Source of the DNA: Eledone cirrhosa | Lineage: Eukaryota | NCBI GenBank assembly: GCA_964016885.1 | Contig: CAXHJY010000074.1 | Location: forward strand, 1 to 35,397 | Direction of reading: 5' to 3' | Length of the DNA stretch: 35,397 bases | Shown: one piece after another, positions 25,530 to 35,397 of the stretch | How the letters are laid out: every line of letters starts with the position of its first letter | How positions within the stretch are numbered: position 1 is the first letter of the stretch | Notes under the pieces: generated by a model | What the model was told of the DNA's origin: nothing | The model's input: only the letters and a program-made list of their open reading frames with translations | The model's database searches: none | Translations under genes and position numbers: made by a program

Positions 25530-25660
25530 AAGAATCGACCCCAGTACTAGACTGGTACTTTTTTATCGACCTCGAATGGGTGAAAGGCAAAGTTGACCTC
25601 GGCGAAATTTGAACTCAGAGAGAGTAAGAGTCGAAATGAATACCGCAAATAACTTAGCCT
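25530..25660 (-). mobile_element. tRNA-derived SINE fragment
   Basis: ATCGACCCCAGTAC..ACTGGTAC..ATCGACC..GAAAGGCAAAGTTGACCTCGGCGAAATTTGAACTCAGA. Confidence 0.75.
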
Positions 25661-26909
25661 CACTGTTACCCACGGTAATGTCGTCACTGTCTTATCTTGC
25701 CTCAAAATGTTTAGAGAACAATACAATATTCCTTGTCGGAATTTGTAATTGAGTGTACTGTCTTCTACTCGATTTCTTTTTCCATTTTTCTAACTCTTTT
25801 TTTTTTTATTGATTCGTTTCTTTTATAGATCATAAACACAATATATTATGTGTCATAATCATATGCTATATATAAAATAAATGCCAGTTTAATAACATAG
25901 CTAAATAAAGACATTATAGCTATTATTGTTAAAACTCAAGAATGGCAAAATAGAAGAATCAGTACAGCACTGAAACTAATATTTAGTTACGTTCTCAGTT
26001 GATATTTCGTTGGAGTTCACTTAGCTGTTCAACTTGGCTATTGATGTTTAGCCACAGATCAACTCTGATCCAATAGACAGATGATCAAAGTTGTTCCAGA
26101 TCTCTTTTTTTAGTCACACACAGTATATCTGGGACAACATTATCTAATGTGCCCTTGTTTTCTTTTAAGACAGCAGGATGTGATTTAAAAGCGATTTGAC
26201 TGCTATTTCTAACCAGCATGTCAATCGAACATGTAGAGGCTAATTTGTTGGTTCATTCCGGGATTAATAGAATAAAAAATGTAGGTTAATTTAATCAATT
26301 AATCGCCCCCTCGTCGTTTTGCTAATGTTAGAGGGGGATACCGGAAAAATAAATTGACCTTGGTGTAATATGAAATCAGAATGTAGAGCCACAAAGAACT
26401 TTGTCCGATTCTTTAATACAGTGCTTCCTAAATTTATTTCGTCACGAAATTTTTACACGAGTTTTAAAAAATAAGGAAACCCATATCTATAATTTGCGTA
26501 CAATGAGAAGAATTTAATAATATATGTTAAAAAATTGTGGAATTTCGGGTCATCACCAGCCCCACTTAGATAATTTTCATTGTTTTGAATTTTTTTTTCC
26601 CTTTTCTTTACGATTTGGCAAAAAAAAGTGTGTTTCAAAGTTGTAATTGTTGTTTTTTTAAGTGAAAAAAAAATGCATTTTTCTATATCATATCGTTCCA
26701 AGTCTCCTATGTAGAAATTTCGAGAAATAGTCGAAATCAAAAGTTACCCGGAGAATGGCGGAAGACACTTGTTCTGAAGCGCCGTCTATATTTTTTTTAA
26801 TAAAAATTTTATGAAGACGCCTTATCTTGTGAAACAAAGTTTTTTTTTTTAACTCTGGAGTTCTTAGGGACCCACTTTCCGAAACTCTGATTTAATAATT
26901 CGGCTAACA

Positions 26910-27262
26910 GGTGCAGGCATGGCTATTTATTTAAGAGGTTAACTTCACCACCACTAGTTATTGTCTAAATACCACTGCTTGGTATTTAGTACATGTGTCT
27001 TCTAGATACTATACCCTCAGGTTGAACAAATCCTTTGAGTGAAATTTGATAGACGAAAACTATTTAGAAGCCCATTGTGTGTGTGTATGTCTTTGTCAGT
27101 GATTATGTTTACTGTTTGTCTTTGGCCCGAAACTTGGCTGTTCAACAAAAAAATAAAATCTATAAAATAGGGTCGATATGATTGACTACTAGATCCCTCC
27201 AAGGCAGTGTACCAGCATCGTCACAGTCAAATGATAAAAACAAGTGAAAGAATAACAGAATA
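26910..27262 (+). mobile_element. Degenerate second SINE family, near full length
   Basis: 5' GGTGCAGGCATGGCT, an internal (TG)n and 3' CCAGCATCGTCACAGTCAAATGATAAAAACAAGTGAAAGAATAA. The 3' end resembles the insert at ~8125-8165. Confidence 0.6.
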
Positions 27263-28773
27263 ATCCACCGAATAATGATGATTCATTATGATGTTTTTCT
27301 TTTTTTCTTTTTCCTAGACACACTAACTCATTTACGAGAGATAAGAAATTGAAATTTATGATATTCGCAAGTCTTTTTGCGTCTTCAGTAATTTCATTTA
27401 TCCATTCTAATTTATTTTATAGTTATATCTAACCACACACCAAATCATAATCCATACTTTAAATATTTTTTGGGGTTTGTTTTTAATCCGTACATAAAAT
27501 ATATATAGTGGAGGCGTATTGAGGAGACTCGTTGATTCGCAAAATTAACCAACGCCAATATCTGACTTCTGCAATAAACAAAGCTTAGAAAATGTAATGA
27601 ATTGATTAAGAAATGACTTTTATTCGATTTACGTCAATAATTTCATTATGAAAAATATTTATCTTTAATCATTCAGTAATGTATTTAACTATTTAAGATC
27701 AAGTCGACGAGGTGTGGACTGGATGTAGCCGGCAAATCCCCCTACTATCTTAAATAAGGAAAGATACATTATGTGTGTAAAAATAATATCCCAGGTGGTC
27801 ACGGTTGAAACATCTGCTGAGTTGGGGTTAAAAACAACAGCTATTTAATATTTTTTGATTCGGAGCCATGAACTTAAATCCCATTAAGCATGGTTAATGT
27901 TGCATACATAGATTTGAAATTTGATATTTTGAGGACGAAAAGATATATAATGGAATTCTGTTAAGCCAAGTGCATATGGGACAATGTAAATAAGATATTC
28001 GTCATAAAGGCGTCTGATTTTTAAAATGCTTCGAGATATTTGTTTTGGCTCTCTGCGCTCAGAATTCAAATCCAGTTGTGGTTAACTTAGGCTTTCATCT
28101 TATATAACCACGGGACCATAAGTGATTATGAAAGCTGCAATGGGTGGAGGTGGTTTATAGCTGTCAGGTATGATGATGATGAGTGAAGTGAAATGTTAAT
28201 ATCTCAAATAAATAAATAAGGAAATAAAACTGCCTATTAGTAGACGAGTTATATAACAGGAAGCTTCTCAATCCCGTTACAGCCACTAACATTTTATTAG
28301 ATATCCCATAATATAAAAAATATTACTACGTTAAAAAGTATTAGATATCACAGCTGTTTGCTGGAAATTTAACACCATTAATAAATTATATTAAAAACCT
28401 ATCCTTATTCTTACATCAACTGACCCACAGGCTATTGTAAAATAGAAAAAAATCGTGATATTAAAAACTATAACAAAAACATTTTTATTTTCACTATCAA
28501 AACAGAAAACCTCGTTAGAATGACTATATCCTACAAAGTTAATGACAAAGCGATGAAATAAAATAATATTCAGTTATATTTTTTCTCTGTATGTAAAGGA
28601 TTTGAAGTGTATAAAACATACAACCAAACAAACCTAATGGACCATGGAAATGAGAAGACTTGAGTAAAAAATATTTCGTAAACAGAGAGGGAGAGATCAT
28701 GATTTTACCAGTTTTAAACTAGTAAGACCATTATTCAGCAGAGCACTCGATACTTGGGATAGTAGAGTGTAGC

Positions 28774-28879
28774 TATATTAGAGAGAGTCGGCGCCTGACG
28801 GCTGAGCTCTTGCCGTCTCGATGAAATTAGCTGTCGAAATGGCAAGAGCTCAGTCGTGTGGCCACGACTCTCTAATATA
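28774..28879 (+). other. Long RNA-type hairpin (pre-miRNA-like), possibly inside a mini-Helitron
   Basis: 26-bp inner stem 28798-28823/28832-28857 with four G.U pairs and one mismatch. Outer stem TATATTAGAGAG..TCG/CGACTCTCTAATATA. Confidence 0.7.
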
Positions 28880-29187
28880 TATATAGAGAGAGGATTAGGC
28901 ACCGAAGGCTGAAACTGGAAGTCTATCATTGTATAGTAAAATATATATATATATATACAATTGTTAGTGTTTTTCTTTATCAAGTAAATTGAATGTATGT
29001 AGCTTGTAGTTAATTTTAGAGACTATCCACGTGTACAAATGACATTTACAGAATAACCGCGAGTATAGATTTAACCCCAGCACTTCCACGTCGCAGTTAT
29101 GTATTAACCAATACATAACGCACTTCTTTGCGTTATCTCTTTCTTACACTTTCTTTTCTTCCCACACTTTTCTTCGGCATATATTGC

Positions 29188-29433
29188 ACTCTCTCTCACT
29201 CTCTCTCTCACTCACTCTCTCTCTCACTCTCTCTCTCTCTATATATATATATTCACACTCACTATAGTGTATATATATATATTCACACTCACTATAGTGT
29301 ATGTGTATATATATATATTCACACTCACTATAGTGTATGTGTAGATATATATATATACACACATACACTATAGTGAATGTGAATATATTTATATATATAT
29401 ATACACATACACTATAGTGAGTGTGAATATATT

Positions 29434-29473
<40 letters not shown>

Positions 29474-29480
29474 TATAGTG
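29188..29480. repeat. (CT)n tract followed by a minisatellite of palindromic CACTATAGTG units in (TA)n
   Basis: Six CACTATAGTG copies at about 29260, 29290, 29326, 29366, 29410 and 29471. Confidence 0.9.
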
Positions 29481-30147
29481 ATGCTTATAAAGATGAATAA
29501 GTAATAATAGAAGTTAGATGCTTACAGATATTTCCTTTCTACCTATATATATATTCTGATTATATTTAGTAGAAGGAAATTGCTAGAACACATGGAAACC
29601 CATCATATTAGATACTTAGAGTCGTTCATAGTCGTTCATAATTTCCTATTTAAATTGGGTGTGACATTTTAAAAATTCTCCTATTTCGCCCCCACAATAT
29701 CACAATATATATAGAGAGATAGAGAGAGCATACGTAAAAAGCAAATAGAATATAAGATGTACACCTCCTTAATGTCACTCCCACACACGCCAGTTTAAGT
29801 GTAGTGTTGTTTTTAGGCAAGTTTCCCTAAAAACTAGGTCCATTTGTGTGGTATCTGAAAGATTCAGACGTTAACATGTTACGTCGATAGGTGACTCGGT
29901 GTACTTTCACTACTGCTCTCTGACTTGCGTTTAACCCGCGGCCAGGCTCTAATTAAGCAGATTTATGATCCAAAATTATTCCAGCTATGACTATCCCATT
30001 TTCTTTCGTTATTTTTCAGATACAGTATATCTAGGACCACATTATGTAATGTCTTTATTTTTAAGCCGGTAGAGTGTTGTTATTCAAAAAATATTGGCTG
30101 CTATTTCTAGCAGACCCAATGACCACGTAGAGGTTTTTGCGTTGTCC

Positions 30148-30235
30148 CTGATAATTTGCCACTACTCGTCTGTCTAGGTTCGTGTGTGTATCTGATAATT
30201 TGCCACTACTCGTCTGTCTAGGTTCGTGTGTGTAT
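30148..30235. repeat. Perfect 44-bp tandem duplication
   Basis: CTGATAATTTGCCACTACTCGTCTGTCTAGGTTCGTGTGTGTAT x2. Confidence 0.95.
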
Positions 30236-31579
30236 GTATGTTTAAGAGAGAGTAAGTAGTGTAAATATGACACATCGTATGTGCGTGTGTGAGAGTTACT
30301 TTAAATCACATTTGAGTTAATTCTTTTTTTCTTTTCATCCACTGAAAATGTTTCATTTTTTACTATAATAATCTTCAAACATTTTTCCCAACTACTTCTA
30401 AATCATACCACACCCACTCTACTTCTGTTAATGATCTTTATGAGGAATGAGAAAGAATGGAAAGAGAGAAAAAAGAAGCAGGCAGTGATTTTTATATCCT
30501 GTATAAGTGGTGGTTGGAGGGGGAACGGCGCACTCTTTTTTTTCTTTTTCTTTATTATTTTAATACACTGCAATGGTAAAAGTTGGCGTGTGGTTAGTGG
30601 AATTCGAAATAAAATTAATAATAATGCATAAAAAATATTTCCATCTATACATCTAATAATTTTTTTTCTTTATGTCTTGTGTAAATCGAATTTGGACGTG
30701 ACTATTTTTTCTTAGATATTATCCACACGATAATAGAATTCGATGTGGTCATTTTAGATATAAACTGAGAAAGTAAGACAAAGGTAGCTGCTGATGTTGT
30801 TGTCTATTGTGTCTGTTCTCTGTTACTGTAAGAAGAGAAAATCACTTCATATCTGGTTCTTAAATTGATTATAAGAGGTCTGGGATATTTTAACACTGCG
30901 TATCGTTTTGGTGAGAATCATGTATCACAATACGTATGCCGGACTACTCTTGTCTATATTATAGTAACTTAACTACGTGATTGGACTTAGCTATTGAATT
31001 TTTAAAAGTCTTGCTAGTATAAAGATACTATATAACATGTTTTAATCAGTATAGCCGACACCAAGAAAAATCTTTCTTACCCCAAAAAAGCATATTTTCT
31101 TTCTTCTTTTTTTTTTTTGTATAATACAGTCCAGTGGTTCTCAAACTAACAAACGCTCAGTCCACTCTCAAATATTAGTACCCCTCGGTATGTCTTTATT
31201 AAAGAGAAGACAAAATGGGTGTGCAACATATAACATTATAACAGAATCTGGACTATAAAAAGTTAATCTTAATTTTATTACACAGCTATTTGTCCTGTCT
31301 CTTTTCAATCATGACAGTGCCACTCTACGCATGTGATAAACACTATAATGTAGTTAGAGAAAGAAGTGTCCTTGACCTTTGCTGTCCCTCTTAGATTAGT
31401 GAGTGATGTGGCTGATAGCCAGGTTGTACATCTCCAGATCAATGTCTGCAGGAAAAATAAAACAAAAAAGATCGTAGGAAGACGAAGGGGAAACTGTGAG
31501 TCAGGTGTGAATGATTTCAACAAAATGAATTCTTTACTTAAGACATCCAAGGACCAGAAATATTCTACTGGATATTTAT

Positions 31580-31810
31580 AGTGATAGGAATGGCATCCAG
31601 CCATAGAAAACTTGCCAAAGGAGTTGAGATGACTCTTTAGTTGTATCAAAAACAAAGCAACTTCATTAATGCTGTGCCATGATAGAATGCATCCTATGTG
31701 CATTATGGAGTGAGAGGTATGTGTGGGGAAAATACAACCTCTAGCCTGACAGAGGTTCTGATTAGGTCTAGCCCTTGCTAGTATGGAAAACATGTTAAAT
31801 GATGATGATG
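31580..31810 (+). mobile_element. Degenerate RTE 3'-UTR/tail fragments
   Basis: AGGAATGGCATCCAGCCATAGAAA and CCCTTGCTAGTATGGAAAACATGTTAAATGATGATGATG. Confidence 0.6.
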
Positions 31811-32499
31811 TCAATCTGGACAACATATCAGGCCTAACCATTGGTAACACTGTCACAAGTGACACATGGACCACTTGAAGAGGATCAAATACCCTCTGCA
31901 CAAGAATGTCTTGAAGTATTTATATTGATGTTTGTCAGAAAAGTTATTCTGGCCAAATTCGATGCCAATTTGACTGTAGGTCTCCATTGAAGAAAATGGA
32001 AATAGTTTGTCTGATTCACCAATAATGTTTTAGTCAAGAAACGAAGCGCAGCACCCCTGACCCTTTTCAGGGTTTCTGAGTCTGGTAGGAGGAAGGAAGG
32101 TATCCTCAAACTGGAGACCTCATCGAAATGTTTGCAACAGAATGGACTCTGCTATAGGTAACCAAGTCTCAGGTGGCAGATTAAATATACCACCCAAGAT
32201 ATTTGGGTATTTAGTGAAGAGAAGGTGAGGGATGGGGGAAACCTATTAGAGAAGACATTATGATTAAATTTTGTTTGGAGATGTATGAATGTCACAACAA
32301 CCCACTTCTTTTTTCCCATAACATGAGTATTTAAAAATATGATGTGCTGTGCATTGTAACTTGATTTTCTTTCCATTCTCAATTATAAAGATTTCCTTCA
32401 TGTCGCTTACACTATTGCAAACGTTGTTGTTGTTAGCTGTTTTAATGATAAATATATAGGTACATCGCTTTGTGGCTTAGGTATTCAGCTCATGACCTT

Positions 32500-32748
32500 A
32501 GAGCCGTGAGTTTGGTTCATGGTGGTATGTTGCTCCAGTCCACTCAGCTGCCAAAAATGAGTTGTACCTGTAATTCAAAGAGTCAGCCTGGTCACATTCT
32601 GTGTCAAGCTGAATATCTCTGAAAACTACATTAAGGATAAACATGTCTGTAGAATGCTCAGCCATTTGCACATTAATTTCACAAGCAGGCTGTTCCGTCA
32701 ATCGTATCAACTGGAACACTCGTTGTCATAACCAACTGAGTGCCAGTG
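32500..32748 (+). mobile_element. SINE-like interspersed repeat body
   Basis: TTGCTCCAGTCCACTCAGCTG..AAATGAGT, a SINE core-like segment recognised from memory only. Confidence 0.45.
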
Positions 32749-32859
32749 TTCATCCTATTGTGTGACCATTTTTTTCTATAGGTGATAGGAGGCAGAATTT
32801 GAACTCAGAATACTCAAAGCCAGAGCTTGTACCTACAAGTTATCTTATCCAACACTCTA

Positions 32860-33246
32860 ACAGTTCCACCTTGGACAAATACTTATTTCGGTCATCTTCA
32901 AAACTCTCCTTTCCTTTCCTATATTCAGCTGCCCACTTTTGCACTGTTGATAAAGCTGGAGCATCATCCCTTAATGTATCAACCATGTCAGCATGAATGT
33001 CCCTGGGAGCTAAACCTTTTTTTTTTTTTTGCAAGTTCTTAACACCACAATGCCAAATGTTGTCCCTTTTCAAGAGAAGTTGCTACTAGTTACTTTTGAA
33101 GTCTTCTTTGAACAGTCAGATATCAGTGTACCTGGAAAGAAAACAGTACATGTTATTAAAAAGAAGAGTTGAAATTAATGCATGCAAGATTTCACAGCTC
33201 TAGTATCACTCCTTCATAGTCAACCTAACTTTTCAGCCCACCCTCA
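32860..33246 (-). mobile_element. Mariner transposon 5' end: TIR plus transposase N-terminal HTH pseudogene
   Basis: KGLAPRDIHADMVDTLRDDAPALSTVQKWAAEYRKGKESFEDD. TIR TGAGGGTGGGCTGAAAAGTT preceded by TA (33247-33248). Confidence 0.88.
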
Positions 33247-33429
33247 TATCCACATTGAAAAAAAAAAAAAAAGGCAAAGTTGATCTTGGTAGAATCCAAG
33301 CACAGAGAGCCTAAACAAATACTGCAAGGCATTTAATCTGATGCCCTAATGACTCTGCCAACTCATTGTAGACAAATGGAAAAAATATAACTTTCCATTT
33401 CCTCTTTCTATAAATCAAAGGAATTTAAT

Positions 33430-33665
33430 CCTATGTAGAAACTGAGCCCAAAATGGAGCATGTGAGCAAGATGTGGTCATTTCAGTCAAGCCTCATGTGT
33501 GACAACCCATCTGACTCATTAAGCAGTGATGATGTTGATTTCATCATCATCACTTAACATCCATTTCCTATACTTGCTTGGTCTGTCATGTACTGATGCT
33601 AGTCAGGTCAGGTGACCTCATCTTGTTCATATAGATCTGATTCTGGCTTGGTTTCTATGGTTGCC
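33430..33665. mobile_element. Two degenerate RTE 3' ends, tail to tail
   Basis: The + copy ends GATGATGTTGAT (~33539). The - copy begins CATCATCATCACTTAACATCC and includes CTGATTCTGGCTTGGTTTCTATGG. Confidence 0.6.
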
Positions 33666-33679
33666 TGCCATGTATTAGT

Positions 33680-34103
33680 AGCTTTTTCCCTGGCACCACC
33701 ACTATCACTTTACAGGGTGGACTGGGTGCTTTTCATCATAACATCAGGACAACCAACCACCTTACAAGGTAGACTAATTGCTTTTCAGAGTGGCACCAGT
33801 AAAACCACTTACAGGGTGAACTAGGTGCTTTTCGGAGTGGCACCAATATGAACAACTTACAGGGTAAACTTGGTGCTGTTCATCAGGGCACCAGGACAAC
33901 TGACCACCTTACAGGGTGGACTGGGTGCTTTTCATTATGGCACCAGGACAACTAACCACTTTATAGGGTTGACTGGTGGGTGCTTTTTGGTGTGGCACCA
34001 GGTGCTTTTCATCATGACACCAGTGCAACCAGGTTACAGACTGGACTGGAGGCTTTTATGTTGTGGCACAAGCACAACCACCTTACAGGGTGACTGGGTG
34101 TTT
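33680..34103 (-). repeat. ~50-bp minisatellite (~8 units) derived from the RTE 3'-UTR repeat
   Basis: The unit TGGCACCAG..ACCACTTACAGGGTGGACTGGGTGCTTTT is the reverse complement of AAAAGCACCCAGCCCACACTGTAAAGTGG..GTGCCA at 17600-17720. Confidence 0.85.
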
Positions 34104-34239
34104 ATATGTATATAGATAGAGAAGACAAATATGTTGCAGTAATTGTTTCAGTTCTTTGTGGTCTAAATTTAAATCCTGCTAAGGTCAGCCATGTGTTACA
34201 TCCTTCTGGAGCATATGAAATAATAGTCAAGTACAGTGC

Positions 34240-34810
34240 TTCTCTTCTGTCTCCCCCCCCCCTCTGATCTTTCTCTTTTCTCTTCTCCTCTCTCCTCTTT
34301 CTCCTTTCTCCTCTTTCTCCTTTCTCCTCTTTCTCTCTCTCTCTCTCCTCTTTCTCTCTCTCTCTCTCCTCTTTCTCTCTCTCTCTCTCCTCTTTCTCTC
34401 TCTCTCTCCTCTTTCTCCTCTCTCTCTCCTCTTTCTCCTCTCTCTCTCCTCTTTCTCTCTCTCTCTCCTCTTTCTCCTTTCTTCCTCTTTCTCCTCTCTC
34501 TCTCCTCTTCTCCTCTCTCTCTTCTCCTCTTTCTCCTCTCTCTCTCTCTCTTCTCCTCTCTCTCTCTCCTCTTTCTCCTCTCTCTCCTCTTTCTCCTCTC
34601 TCTCTCTCCTCTTCTCTCTCTCTCTCTCCCTCCTCTCTCTTCCTCCCTCTCTCTCTCTCCTCTCTCTCCTCTCACTCCTCTCTCTCCTCTCTCTCTCCCT
34701 CTCTCTCTCCTCTCTCTCTCTCCTCTCTCTCTCCCCTCCTCTCCCCTCTCTCTCTCCCTCTCTCTCTCCTCTCTCTCCCCTCTCTCTCTCCCCTCTCTCT
34801 CTTCTCCTCT

Positions 34811-34842
<32 letters not shown>

Positions 34843-34929
34843 CTCTCTCTCTTCTCTCTCTCTCTCTCCCCTCTCTCTCTCTCTCCTCTCTCTCTCCTCT
34901 CTCTCTCCTCTCTCTTTCCTCTCTCTCTC

Positions 34930-34961
<32 letters not shown>

Positions 34962-34965
34962 CTCT

Positions 34966-35008
<43 letters not shown>

Positions 35009-35397
35009 CTCTTTCTCTCCTCTTTCTCCTCTCTCTCTCCTCTCTCTCCTCTCATTCCTCTCTCCTCTCTCTCTCTCTCCTCTCTCTCTCTCTCCCTCTC
35101 TCCTCTCTCTCTCCCTCTCTCCTCTCTCCCTCTCTCCTCTCTCTCTCCTCTCTCTCTCCTCTCTCTCTCTCCTCTCTCTCCTCTCCTCTCTCTCTCCTCT
35201 CTCTCCTCTCTCTCTCTCCTCTCTCTCTCTCCTCTCTCTCTCTCTCCTCTCTCTCTCTCTCCTCTCTCTCTCTCCTCTCTCTCTCTCTATCTCTCTCTCC
35301 CTCTCTCTCTCTCTCTCTATCTCTCTCTCCCTCTCTCTCTCTATCTCTCTCTCCTCTCTCTCTCCCCTCTCTCCTCTCTCTCTCTCTCTCCTCTCTC
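34240..35397. repeat. Polypyrimidine (TC)n/(TCC)-type tract over 1.1 kb
   Basis: Read directly. It explains the RE-repeat ORFs. Confidence 0.98.

Noticed and set aside
27295-27320. Polypyrimidine plus AG splice-acceptor-like site
   Set aside because: No identifiable downstream exon or donor; such tracts are common in this AT-rich DNA.
27350-27397. Hammerhead-like CTGAAGA-stem-GAAT on the minus strand
   Set aside because: GAAA is replaced by GAAT, and there is no valid stem III or NUH triplet in register with stem I.
29257-29268. ACTCACTATAG (and TAATACGACTC at ~9950) resembling a T7 promoter or vector
   Set aside because: Partial matches only, embedded in native repeats; no other vector sequence.
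31305-31901. 198-aa minus-strand ORF
   Set aside because: Spans antisense RTE UTR fragments; no domain similarity recognised.
34196-35055. Arg/Glu-rich ORFs
   Set aside because: Translation of the (GA)n strand of the microsatellite.

Overview
AT-rich, repeat-dominated eukaryotic (metazoan) DNA with no host protein-coding exon I can support. The repeat content (RTE LINEs with (GAT)n tails, tRNA-derived SINEs, very long (TA)n arrays) resembles an octopus/cephalopod genome; this is an inference. Almost all long ORFs in the track are microsatellite artefacts (IY/YI or ER/RE repeats). Real coding remnants are all from transposons: a 5'-truncated RTE-like LINE with an open frame inside a ~7 kb interrupted (TA)n array (6013-6579), two more RTE fragments, a GC-rich Ty3/Gypsy pol fragment (21951-23965, -), a decayed CR1-group LINE, a probable hAT remnant, and a mariner transposase fragment with a MITE derived from the same family. 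The main discovery is at 13450-14812. Short unique islands between (TA)n tracts contain three type I hammerhead-ribozyme folds of the Penelope/retrozyme kind. Two of these are mirror copies in a perfect 206-bp-arm palindrome. The two otherwise dissimilar families share the same non-canonical traits: a GUU triplet, a C.A opposition at the base of stem II, a palindromic stem III and a very long stem II. Two strong pre-miRNA-sized hairpins (13932-14008 and 28774-28879) and several TE-derived minisatellites are also present.
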